Virus record (IMG/VR): IMGVR_UViG_3300032074_000011
Coordinates: 1-42,477 of that record
Source: a virus
Lineage: Duplodnaviria > Caudoviricetes
Strand: one strand, 5' to 3'
Length of the DNA: 42,477 nt
Shown: positions 25,857-34,685 of the stretch, piece after piece
Position numbering within the stretch: the stretch's first letter is position 1
How the letters are laid out: every line of letters starts with the position of its first letter
Made by a program: the position numbers and the translations under genes
Notes under the pieces: generated by a model
Database searches by the model: none
Told to the model about the DNA's origin: nothing
The model's input: the letters and a program-made list of their open reading frames with translations, nothing else

Positions 25857-26277
25857 TCTGGTTGATCTGGAAACCTTCATTGAACAGCAACATGGCAAGC
25901 GTGGCACCAAATCCAGGGAAGACTTTGAAGAAGGATATGAAGCATTTAAGCTTGGTGTAATGATACAAGAACTGCGTAAGCAGAAAAATATGACTCAGGA
26001 GCAGCTTGCAGCAAAGTGCGGTACCACTAAGAATTATATTTCACGCATTGAAAACGATGCGTCCGATATACGCTTGTCTACTCTTATGCGCATCATTAGT
26101 GAAGGCTTGGGAGGGCACTTAATAATGTCGATTGATGCTCCAACTGAAAAGTGTATTATTGGCAAAATTAAAAGGGCAACAAAGAAAGGAGCAGGTCATT
26201 TTACAACACAGTCCTCTTCTAGAAAAAAACAACAGGGCTCCATAACAGAGATTCATCTGAAAGAAACTCATAAATAA
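25837..26277 (+). CDS. HigA-like Xre HTH antitoxin
   Basis: MTQEQLAAKCGTTKNYISRIEN. Start re-placed at MKTKQ, overlapping the toxin end. Confidence 0.85.
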   Translation: MKTKQNNLVDLETFIEQQHGKRGTKSREDFEEGYEAFKLGVMIQELRKQKNMTQEQLAAKCGTTKNYISRIENDASDIRLSTLMRIISEGLGGHLIMSIDAPTEKCIIGKIKRATKKGAGHFTTQSSSRKKQQGSITEIHLKETHK

Positions 26278-26372
26278 ATAATATCACGTCCGAAAGCTCA
26301 TCCATACAGCAATTTTTGCTATATACAAGCTATTGTAGCTGACAGAGGTATAAATTTCAAATCTTGAAAAAG

Positions 26373-27680
26373 ATGGCTAAAAAGCGTTCAACTCCCGATC
26401 TCGCTACTAAAAATGGCTTGGAAATCAAGCCTTTAGAAAAAAGTCGTCCAAAAAGTCGTCCAGATTCCAGGAAGGTACTGCATGCTGAGTTTAAACAGTT
26501 TAAAGCTCAACATATGGTACCTTTTATGCTTTCTTACAAGCCTGCAGCACTCTATACAGGCAAAAGTTACTGGTACATCTACTATTATTACCGTAATCCA
26601 CTCACAGATAAATATGAGCGGTTCAAGGAATACTTTGATATCAACCGGATTCATGACAGAAAACAGCGGCGGATCTATGGCCAGGAAGCTGTAAAGTTCA
26701 TAAATCAAAAATTAATAATGGGTTTTAACCCGTTTAAAGCAATTGCTCAGCTCCAGGATGGCGGTACCATTATCAATAAGCTGGATCTGCTTTATACGGA
26801 ACTTACTGCTTATGCTAATGATGGCACAAAAAGTTATTACAGCACTCAGGTAAACCGGTTTAAAGAATTTCTCAAGCACTATGAGCTGGAGGATATTACG
26901 ATAGGCAGCATCAGTACGCTCCATGCTGAAAATTTTAAGAAATGGATGCAGGATAAGAAGCTTGCAAAAAAGACTATCAATGTAAATCTTTCCTATATAT
27001 CAAAATTCTGGAGCCAGGCAATCAAAATGAACCTGGTAGCTGCAGATCCATTTGAGGCAGTGGAACGGATAAAGAAAGATGTGCGCTATGAGGATGATCA
27101 GCCGGAAGATGTATATGAGCCAATCACATTTGAAGAGTTGAAATGTATTGTGAATGCAGTAAAGCAATGTGAGACTCCAAACTTTTTAACTGCACTGATG
27201 TGTATTTATTATGCCTGGATCCGCCCAAAGGAGGTAAGAAAATTACAATTGAAGGATATAGACCTGACAAGCCAGTTTATCAGAATGAGAAAAGGAAATA
27301 CAAAAAGCGACAAAGGAGCATATGTTCAGATTGTCAAGCCTCTGCTGGACCTGTTAGGATCAGTAGACTTAAACCAGTATAAACCGTCTGATTACCTTTT
27401 TTCAGAGAATTATGTACCTGGTCCTAAACCAATGCACAGATTAAAAATGTCAAGGCTTTGGCTGAAGATTGTAAAAAAAGGATTGAAGATTGATAAAAAC
27501 ATGTATGCCCTGAAGCATACCGGAAATATAGAGTATCTACTGCAGAACAAAGGCAATGTTGATCTGAAATGGATGCAAATGCAAAACCGTCACAGTAGTA
27601 CAGCTATGACGGAAAAATATATTCGCCAGCTCGGCGCTTACTTCATTGATATTGAGAAAGTGAAGTTTAGGGAGTTATAA
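26373..27680 (+). CDS. int: Tyrosine integrase
   Basis: Catalytic-type motifs IRPKE, TK, LKHTG, RHSS and TEKY; SAM-like core-binding domain. True start may be further downstream. Confidence 0.92.
   Translation: MAKKRSTPDLATKNGLEIKPLEKSRPKSRPDSRKVLHAEFKQFKAQHMVPFMLSYKPAALYTGKSYWYIYYYYRNPLTDKYERFKEYFDINRIHDRKQRRIYGQEAVKFINQKLIMGFNPFKAIAQLQDGGTIINKLDLLYTELTAYANDGTKSYYSTQVNRFKEFLKHYELEDITIGSISTLHAENFKKWMQDKKLAKKTINVNLSYISKFWSQAIKMNLVAADPFEAVERIKKDVRYEDDQPEDVYEPITFEELKCIVNAVKQCETPNFLTALMCIYYAWIRPKEVRKLQLKDIDLTSQFIRMRKGNTKSDKGAYVQIVKPLLDLLGSVDLNQYKPSDYLFSENYVPGPKPMHRLKMSRLWLKIVKKGLKIDKNMYALKHTGNIEYLLQNKGNVDLKWMQMQNRHSSTAMTEKYIRQLGAYFIDIEKVKFREL
26386..26409 (+). other. attP core: 3' end of a tRNA (probably tRNA-Met)
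   Basis: G-TTCAACT-CCCGA-TCTCGCT-A-CTA corresponds to T loop, T-stem 3' strand, acceptor 3' strand and discriminator. The tRNA 5' part is absent. Confidence 0.7.
26438..26461 (+). repeat. Tandem 12-mer AAAAAGTCGTCC x2, putative integrase arm sites
   Basis: Perfect tandem repeat ~30 bp from the att core; degenerate pair at 26285-26304. Confidence 0.65.
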
Positions 27681-27683
27681 CCA

Positions 27684-28010
27684 TCATACTTGATTTCTTA
27701 CAGCCTCTTCAGGGGTCAAACCTATTTCTCTTGCGTATACAATGTGTGTTGATACCCAGCGATGACTATTCCCTCCAAAAGATGTTCGATAACCTTTTTT
27801 GGATAGTGCTTTCATTGGAATTTCAATTTTTACTTCAGTTCTATCAAATTCATTGATGACCTCAAGAAGTGTACACGAATAAACACAGTTATTGCCAAAT
27901 GATACATAGTAGTCATAGCCAATATTTAGAACTGGTTCTTTTCTCTTTTTAAAAGGCAAAGGCTTTATAGAAGAGTCAACCTTTTGTCCACCTTTGAATT
28001 CTTTAATCAT
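27684..28010 (-). CDS. Hypothetical protein
   Basis: 108 aa, convergent with int. Confidence 0.6.
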   Translation of the reverse strand: MIKEFKGGQKVDSSIKPLPFKKRKEPVLNIGYDYYVSFGNNCVYSCTLLEVINEFDRTEVKIEIPMKALSKKGYRTSFGGNSHRWVSTHIVYAREIGLTPEEAVRNQV

Positions 28011-28259
28011 AGATGTATCTTTTAGATGGCTGCAGGTACAATTAAGAGGGAAGAACCATTAAAGGCCATAATTGCACCAGGTACAGCCGGCACAAAGGTA
28101 AGCAGTTACAAAAAGCGGATAAGCTTATCACTTATCCGCATGCGGGCCTCTTCGCATAGACCGGCTTTAGAGTTTAAACCAATATATATTAACAGACATT
28201 CCAGAACGGCGCAAATGTAATCACTTGAGGATTTACAGTATGATTTTTGATAATTTGCA

Positions 28260-28316
28260 CCCTTTAAGGGTTTAGGGTTGAAAAAATTAGGCGTTGTTCT
28301 CTACAATGCCTTTTTA
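28260..28316 (+). ncRNA. Candidate sRNA D
   Basis: Follows ATAATTTG; ends in AGGCGTTGT-TCTCT-ACAATGCCT-TTTT (G-U pair forms only on the + strand). Confidence 0.45.
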
Positions 28317-28357
28317 TTTGTATAGATATAACCCCGGCTATCTTTATTCAAAGAGGA

Positions 28358-28903
28358 TTAATATTTAACTGGCAACTTTTTTATAGAGTCAAGAATTATT
28401 AAAACTTTTGGAACACCAATTTTAGTCACGTTATTAAAGGCTGGATCACCTAACAGAGGATCATATTCAAAGTTGGAAATCCCTGCAGCTAACCCACTAA
28501 TTTGAACAATTGAACTATCTGGAATTTTACTAATCTGAGAAATAAGCTCCTTATGTCGGGGTGTAATTATCTCGTAGTACTTTACTCTTGCAAAATCTTC
28601 AATCTCTATAAAAGACATACTTGTGTCTGAATCAGTAATATGAAAAGTACCTACCCATTTATTAATGTGTTTTGCAGGCCCAAAATAGGTCTTCATCCAT
28701 TGCTCTTGATCCCTCCTAACTTGTAGTTTTGCAATATTATTTAAGGCGCTATCCTCTACACGGTAAAAATGCATAGAGGTATCACGAAACCTGATCTGTG
28801 TTGAATCCATAAAATCAACAGAAGTAAACTCTTTCTTTAATAGCTGATTCTTGCAGGATAAAAGAAATAAAACAATAGCAAGCAGAGATGTAATTTTATT
28901 CAT
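28358..28903 (-). CDS. Lipoprotein
   Basis: MNKITSLLAIVLFLLS-C lipobox. Confidence 0.75.
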   Translation of the reverse strand: MNKITSLLAIVLFLLSCKNQLLKKEFTSVDFMDSTQIRFRDTSMHFYRVEDSALNNIAKLQVRRDQEQWMKTYFGPAKHINKWVGTFHITDSDTSMSFIEIEDFARVKYYEIITPRHKELISQISKIPDSSIVQISGLAAGISNFEYDPLLGDPAFNNVTKIGVPKVLIILDSIKKLPVKY

Positions 28904-28951
28904 TTCAGTTTTGGTTTAAATACTCATGTATGTGTAACATCTATCTGTCTC

Positions 28952-29740
28952 TCATAAGACGTTCATAAAGTAATGTCTGATTTCATCTAACTCATATGCA
29001 TAGCCAATTCCGACATTAGCGGAACGTCTCACTTCTTCTGCCGTTCTCTTCATTTGAAATTGAGTTGCGATAAAACCGTTAAGTAGATTAATTCCGTTAT
29101 AATGACCAGGGAATTGATTCGCAGCTTGTAAAATCTGAATGTTATCAGAAAAGCTGTTAAGCAAGTCATCAAATGCGTTTGTTAAACCGGTATGTTTTCT
29201 TGTAACAATTCCTACAACTTGGTTATTATCTATATTAATTAGTGGGCCACCTGAATTCCCCTGATTTACACTCGCATCAATTTGCATATACTTCACTCCA
29301 GATCTAACGTAGCGTGACGATAAAATGCCTTGTTTGATGGATAAATTATTTTGGTCAAACTGGAAACCCATAACAGCAATACTTTGTCCAATTCGGATTG
29401 TACTACTGTCAGAAAGTGTTAGAGACGGAATTGTACTGAACTCAGCATCACTAAGATCTAATATAGCATAATCCCAACTGCTTTCAGGCAGTCCCCATTG
29501 CAGTCTATTCTGAAAGTTAACATAAGTGATTACTTTTGTTGCCCTTATGGTGTAGCCATCTTCACAGACAAAACATAAAACGACATATGCAGCTCCTGGA
29601 GCTGCATAAACATGGTTGTTTGTTATTAAATGATTTCCTATCTTAAAACCAGTTCCAGAGCCAATTCTTATTCCTTCCTGATTTAAAAAGCTGATAGAAC
29701 AAATTGAAGAATGACAATCATTCCAAGTATCTCTGTACAT
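28952..29740 (-). CDS. Trypsin-like serine protease, no signal peptide
   Basis: GTGF, TNNHV, DYA and GNSGGP catalytic triad motifs. Confidence 0.9.
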   Translation of the reverse strand: MYRDTWNDCHSSICSISFLNQEGIRIGSGTGFKIGNHLITNNHVYAAPGAAYVVLCFVCEDGYTIRATKVITYVNFQNRLQWGLPESSWDYAILDLSDAEFSTIPSLTLSDSSTIRIGQSIAVMGFQFDQNNLSIKQGILSSRYVRSGVKYMQIDASVNQGNSGGPLINIDNNQVVGIVTRKHTGLTNAFDDLLNSFSDNIQILQAANQFPGHYNGINLLNGFIATQFQMKRTAEEVRRSANVGIGYAYELDEIRHYFMNVL

Positions 29741-29783
29741 AATAAGCTCGTCGTGCGTAACAGTTAGTTTAGGATGTTGTAAT

Positions 29784-30299
29784 TTATTGTCCTAAAAGCT
29801 TCTTTTTAGCTGTGTCGTACTCCTCCTGTGTAATGGCACCTTTATCTAACAAATCCTTGAGCTTGGCGATTTCATCTGCTATACTGGTAGAGTTGGTTGT
29901 TGTACCCGAATCTTTTGAGCATGGTGTCACTTCGCATGTTTCAATAGCTGGATCAATGTCGAGATAGTAATTTGTGATATTACCACCTCCAACAACAAAT
30001 ATTGTCTTCTGCGCACCCTTGACCTTTCCTTGTCTAATCTTTTTTAAAATAACATTTGTATGGGCATAAGCTCTACCAATATTATTCTGGTCATGATTAT
30101 AACTATTACTAGTCATAGCTGCACCCCATCCGCCCATTTGCAAGTACAAGAAATCTCCATTAGGCGCAGAACCCTTACCTAAATGAATAGTGTCTCCAGG
30201 ATGATATGTAATACCGTTTGATGCTGTGTACGTTTCTACTCGTTGAGCTGTAGCACTAATTGAAATAATAACAAAGAATGCGAATGCGATCTTCTTCAT
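29784..30299 (-). CDS. Exported SHOCT-domain protein
   Basis: Signal peptide ending ATA-Q; ADEIAKLKDLLDKGAITQEEYDTAKKKLL. Confidence 0.88.
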   Translation of the reverse strand: MKKIAFAFFVIISISATAQRVETYTASNGITYHPGDTIHLGKGSAPNGDFLYLQMGGWGAAMTSNSYNHDQNNIGRAYAHTNVILKKIRQGKVKGAQKTIFVVGGGNITNYYLDIDPAIETCEVTPCSKDSGTTTNSTSIADEIAKLKDLLDKGAITQEEYDTAKKKLLGQ

Positions 30300-30470
30300 A
30301 AAAGTTTTGGTTGATAATTAAAATAAATGTTATGTTCAGTTTCTCTCAAAAAACGTTCGATTAATTTGGATTTTAAAAGGGATGCAAAAAAGTTTTAGTT
30401 ATAGCTAAATTGCAGTCGCAAAAATACGTCTCAAAAAACAACCTCTCATTAATTATACATTAAACGTTTT

Positions 30471-31076
30471 ATGCGAATAGGCTATGCAAGGGTCAGCACC
30501 CAGGATCAGAAACTGGAGTTGCAAACGGATGCACTCAAAAAAGCAGGATGCGAGCTAATATTTAAGGAAAAGATCTCCGGCAAGTCAAGGGATCGTCCGG
30601 AACTGATCAAGCTCTTTGATAAGCTCCGGAAAGGAGATGAACTGTTTGTATGGAAACTGGATCGTCTTGGCAGAAGCATTCGCGATCTGATTGATTTGAT
30701 TACCCAACTGCATGAATTGGGGGTTGCTTTTATCAGCCTTCAGGACGGAATCAATACCCATACTGCAGCCGGAAGATTCACCTTCAACTTATTTGCAAGC
30801 CTGGCTGAGTTTGAAAGAGAAATAATAAAAGAGCGGACCAATGCAGGCTTAGCTGCAGCAAGAGCCAGAGGACGAAAGGGGGGCAGACCTAGTGGATTAA
30901 CATCCGAAACTTTAAGTAAAGCCAAGTCTGTAAAGTTGTTGTATGATCAGCAGGAAAAAACAATGGGAGATATAGCAAAAGACCTGAGCATCAGTGAAGC
31001 TACAGCCTACCGGTACCTAAGCTATATGAATAATTTGAAGAAAGAACCTAACAAAAAAGTAACTGCAGCCAGTTAG
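30471..31076 (+). CDS. Small serine recombinase (resolvase/invertase)
   Basis: GYARVST, VWKLDRLGRS, ERTNAGL and GGRP motifs; C-terminal HTH. Confidence 0.95.
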   Translation: MRIGYARVSTQDQKLELQTDALKKAGCELIFKEKISGKSRDRPELIKLFDKLRKGDELFVWKLDRLGRSIRDLIDLITQLHELGVAFISLQDGINTHTAAGRFTFNLFASLAEFEREIIKERTNAGLAAARARGRKGGRPSGLTSETLSKAKSVKLLYDQQEKTMGDIAKDLSISEATAYRYLSYMNNLKKEPNKKVTAAS

Positions 31077-31100
31077 GTCCAGCAGAAAGGACACAATAAC

Positions 31101-31165
31101 AAAAAGTCCCGCGTAAAAACGCAGGACGTTGAGGTATAATTAATCCCTTTTAGGGAAAAATGTTA
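31101..31165 (-). ncRNA. Candidate sRNA C
   Basis: GTCCTGCGT-TTTT-ACGCGGGAC-TTTTT terminator on the minus strand with no minus-strand gene immediately upstream. Confidence 0.4.
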
Positions 31166-31339
31166 TGTAAAATATACCAATGCATTAATATCTATGATGG
31201 AAATATAATCTGGAACTTCATCCTGTCTGGCAGAGCATTGAGGTATTATTGTTGAATGTCTTCGCCCTGTTCTGGCCATACAGTAAATAATGAGAATGTT
31301 GCGAAATTAAGAAAATTGAAGCTTGATAAATTGCATAAA

Positions 31340-31519
31340 ATGGATAAGAAAAGTAATGTGACTTATGAAATTCTAACCATCAATGATCAGCAAGTTATCA
31401 AATGCCTGGTTTGTGGCTGGTCCTCTTACAATACCAATGACATAAAGCACCTGTATTGTGGCCATTGCCATCAATGGCATGATGAATTAGAACGCGAATT
31501 ACTAAATGTACATTTATAA
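31340..31519 (+). CDS. Small Zn-finger protein
   Basis: CLVC...YCGHCH. Confidence 0.6.
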   Translation: MDKKSNVTYEILTINDQQVIKCLVCGWSSYNTNDIKHLYCGHCHQWHDELERELLNVHL

Positions 31520-31595
31520 TTTTCTTTCCCCGAACCAAGCTTCATCAATTTACAATTATAATTACACTAAGTTCTTTTATTTAAAAAATAATCTC

Positions 31596-31847
31596 ATGTT
31601 AGTTGAAGAAAGATACAATGTGCCATTCGATTCATCGTTTGATTGGCGTACCACTTTTGTTGCTGCTTTTAGAGAACTTGCTTCAGACAGTGCTATTGAA
31701 GTATTGAAAAAAATAGACTCGGAAGAGTATGAAATGCCTTGGGGTGACATGCCTGACGAAATGATTAAAAATGCTGTTCGGGACAATCTTTTTCCTAAAC
31801 TGATTAAAGCAATGGAGTCTAAAGCAAAAAAATATGCCGATCGTTAA
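31596..31847 (+). CDS. Hypothetical protein
   Basis: ATG 31596 with A-rich leader. Confidence 0.5.
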   Translation: MLVEERYNVPFDSSFDWRTTFVAAFRELASDSAIEVLKKIDSEEYEMPWGDMPDEMIKNAVRDNLFPKLIKAMESKAKKYADR

Positions 31848-31888
31848 ATTAACTATGGTGGATACATTCGTGTACACCGATAAGCTGA

Positions 31889-32077
31889 TTACATACCATA
31901 TTCTTTTTCTAAGTGGTAAAACTTTTCAAGGTCAACACAACTGTTTAATTCCGTGTCTTCCAGAACAGGAAGGGAAATAGTTTCATTCAGTTTTTCCTCC
32001 ACTTTATCCTGGTTTTCAGTGGGGTTAATACCTTCTGGAGAATTAGTAAAATGCCTAGTCAGATTTTTAAAAAGCAA
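31889..32077 (-). CDS. Hypothetical protein
   Basis: Short acidic ORF after a CATATTTG -7-like box; start uncertain. Confidence 0.3.
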   Translation of the reverse strand: MLFKNLTRHFTNSPEGINPTENQDKVEEKLNETISLPVLEDTELNSCVDLEKFYHLEKEYGM

Positions 32078-32281
32078 ATATGTTCTATTTCAGCTAATTA
32101 GGTTCAAAAACTGCAAAAAAAAGTCTGGTTTCCGACTAGACTTGCCTGCTTGACCTATCAAGCCGCTGTCCGGGCTTTTAGGTTTCGGAGAAATATGAGG
32201 GGGTGTTGAGGGGGGGCCGGTTTGGGCGGTTCCAGGCTGCAAAGAGGTGTCCGGATCCGGATCTTGTGCAGCCTGGGTGCC

Positions 32282-32560
32282 TCAGCCCTCCGCTGCCAGC
32301 TCCCGGAGGACCTTGGAGAGCTGAGGGCTAACCATTAGCACTTTGTTTACCTGGTAACAGTGCACCCACTCTCCGGAGGCAATTTGGATCTCCATCCTGG
32401 TTAACGTGCAACAGGCATCATAATAAACCTGGTAAGGCAATAATGTAGTTTCTTTTATCTGCAGGCTGTGAGCCTGGTATATATCCGGGATCAATTGCAT
32501 GGCTGCAAAATAAAGAGAGCTTTGAGTTAACTCAAAGCTCTCCTGGTACATGTTAGGCAA
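32282..32560 (-). CDS. Hypothetical protein after terminase
   Basis: Co-oriented; alternative start at 32500. Confidence 0.5.
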   Translation of the reverse strand: MPNMYQESFELTQSSLYFAAMQLIPDIYQAHSLQIKETTLLPYQVYYDACCTLTRMEIQIASGEWVHCYQVNKVLMVSPQLSKVLRELAAEG

Positions 32561-32569
32561 TAAGCCTGG

Positions 32570-34147
32570 TTAACCAATCCTTATTGGCATTGCTGTTGTG
32601 GCTGTGTCTGGTCTTACTCCAAACTGCAGCACTGCAATCAAGATCATATCAAAAGCATCTGAAAAGTGGGTGCTGTCCTCTGCTGGAAACTTTGGATTTT
32701 TCTCCGTTCTCTTATCCTTCTTGGTTATGCCATTGCTGATAATAGCCGGGCTTTGCTCAATACTCTTTATCAATTGCTCACAAGCTATACTGTTTACTCT
32801 TACTGCAAGATCTGCAGTATTAGTAAGCCACTCCTGGAGCTCTTTATATTTCTCATTATGCTCCGGTGCCTCTCCAATGTAGTGCTCATGTACAATCCAT
32901 CCAAACTCAGAGAAGTATTGAATAAAAGAATCTTTATAGGTAGTAAGCAAAGTATTTCTGCCTATTGCTGTATGATCAAATACATAATTGATCTCTTTGC
33001 AGCGGTGGCTTGCATACTGTTCGCAAAAGAGTTTTATTGCATGCTTCATACCTTCCGGATATAAGGTATAAAGAGCGTTTATAAAGTTTATAGTGGTGTA
33101 CTCTGAGCCAGGCAACTTGCCCACTTGTGCCACTGGCAAAGGAGCAATCCTAAAGTTATAATCCATACTCACAATAAAAGGGAGTTCCGGGTTATAGTCA
33201 TCTAAGCCAGCGTATTTATTTGCACTGGAAAACATTGGATAAAAGGTTTGCTCCACTTGATCCGGATCCTGGTTTAATATGGCAACATTAAACTCATAAG
33301 GGGTACAAATACGCCTTTGTATTTTAAAAAAACGATCTCCAACCGCTGCCTTATTCTCATAAGGTTTCATCTCAGAAACATAAAGCAGATTTTTGCGGAT
33401 CTCATTTGCCGCTTTGGTGTACTCCTCAATTTTTTTGTTATAGGCTGCAATTGTACCGGAGGAGCTGTATTGAGCTTTCTCTTGCTCCCATTGTAAAGCC
33501 TGCATCTGTAAAGCATAAACCGCTTTAACTGCCTCTTGATCTACTTTCTTTCTCTTTGCCAGGAGCCATTTGGTGTTTTGTCCAAATTTATCTGTAAACA
33601 TCCACACACTTAAATACTCCGGCAAGTGCTGCCATCTTTTAGCCTCTCCTCTGAGTGCCGGGATCACCTCAGTATTTATGCTTTGTTCATCACAGTATTT
33701 CACCTCATCTCCAATGGCTGCTTGTGCGCTGTAAGCGTTGGCTGAGCCCTCAACTCTTAAAGATACCAAGCAAAGAGAAGTGCCAAAGCTTGTGCTTATC
33801 ACGTTCTCAAAATCATCAAGAGGTATTATAGGCTTTTCAAAGTGCTCCGGAGGCTTCTTGTATTTTACAAAATCAATTCCTTCAATTAAGCCAAGCTTTT
33901 CTGTAAGGAAGTGGGTAATATTTGGCACAATACGCTTTCTTAATCTGTCATAGGTATCAGAAAATAAAAGGATCTGAGAGCGTGGCATTACATTGTTAAG
34001 GTGTACAAACCTGGGACCTATGCCGCCTCCTGTCTTGCCTCCGGCTCTTTGCCATAAACAATACGTGGTATTTGCATTGATCACTTGTATTAAACCTTGT
34101 GAATTGTGCAGGTTTACTTGTGTGCTGTTGATCTCTTTAATAGTCAT
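32570..34147 (-). CDS. terL: Terminase large subunit
   Basis: Walker A RAGGKT, Walker B AIGDE, nuclease motifs SMDYN and THFSDAFD. Start re-placed at MTIKE. Confidence 0.9.
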   Translation of the reverse strand: MTIKEINSTQVNLHNSQGLIQVINANTTYCLWQRAGGKTGGGIGPRFVHLNNVMPRSQILLFSDTYDRLRKRIVPNITHFLTEKLGLIEGIDFVKYKKPPEHFEKPIIPLDDFENVISTSFGTSLCLVSLRVEGSANAYSAQAAIGDEVKYCDEQSINTEVIPALRGEAKRWQHLPEYLSVWMFTDKFGQNTKWLLAKRKKVDQEAVKAVYALQMQALQWEQEKAQYSSSGTIAAYNKKIEEYTKAANEIRKNLLYVSEMKPYENKAAVGDRFFKIQRRICTPYEFNVAILNQDPDQVEQTFYPMFSSANKYAGLDDYNPELPFIVSMDYNFRIAPLPVAQVGKLPGSEYTTINFINALYTLYPEGMKHAIKLFCEQYASHRCKEINYVFDHTAIGRNTLLTTYKDSFIQYFSEFGWIVHEHYIGEAPEHNEKYKELQEWLTNTADLAVRVNSIACEQLIKSIEQSPAIISNGITKKDKRTEKNPKFPAEDSTHFSDAFDMILIAVLQFGVRPDTATTAMPIRIG

Positions 34148-34685
34148 CTCCTGCCTCCAATCGGTTTGCAATATCTGCAGCCATGGTAAACGCTTGCTCC
34201 GCTGTAATATCCGTGTTAAGTATATTGTTTTGAATGTTGAGCACAATTTGCTTTGGTGCTCTTGGTGGTAAAAAGTCGGGATAATCGCTTATGTACTTTT
34301 GCAATACTTTCTCAAGCTGAGCCGCTGCCAGGTACTCTTTATCTTTAAATAAGAGCCGGATCCTCCTTTGCAAAAATTCTATCCTCAAGCCTATCAAATA
34401 ACGCTTGTTAAGCGGATAAGAAGAGGAAAATAAATGCTCTGCATTAATGATGTCTTTAAAGGCTGTATCTCTGCTCACTGCAAACTTTGCAATGATCATA
34501 TTTGCAACCGTTTCTCTTTTGTATTTGCCGGATCTTATAAGCTCGTCTGCATATTTGTAACGGTCCAGGAGCTCTGTTTGTTTGGGAGTTAATTCAATAC
34601 CGCTTTCCGGTCCTCCTTGCTCCAGGTAGGTTAAAAGATCCTCTCTGTTAGTATCGCTAAAGCGTTGTTTTTTCTGCAGCTCCAT
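34137..34685 (-). CDS. Putative terminase small subunit
   Basis: HTH-like (KFAVSRDTAFKDI); overlaps the terL start. Confidence 0.65.
   Translation of the reverse strand: MELQKKQRFSDTNREDLLTYLEQGGPESGIELTPKQTELLDRYKYADELIRSGKYKRETVANMIIAKFAVSRDTAFKDIINAEHLFSSSYPLNKRYLIGLRIEFLQRRIRLLFKDKEYLAAAQLEKVLQKYISDYPDFLPPRAPKQIVLNIQNNILNTDITAEQAFTMAADIANRLEAGDDY

Noticed and set aside
28026-28220. 64-aa plus-strand ORF in the cargo
   Set aside because: No recognisable features; cannot be supported from sequence alone.
31086-31093. Sixth TGTCCTTT box
   Set aside because: No TTHG at the 24-nt spacing, and it would point antisense into the recombinase.
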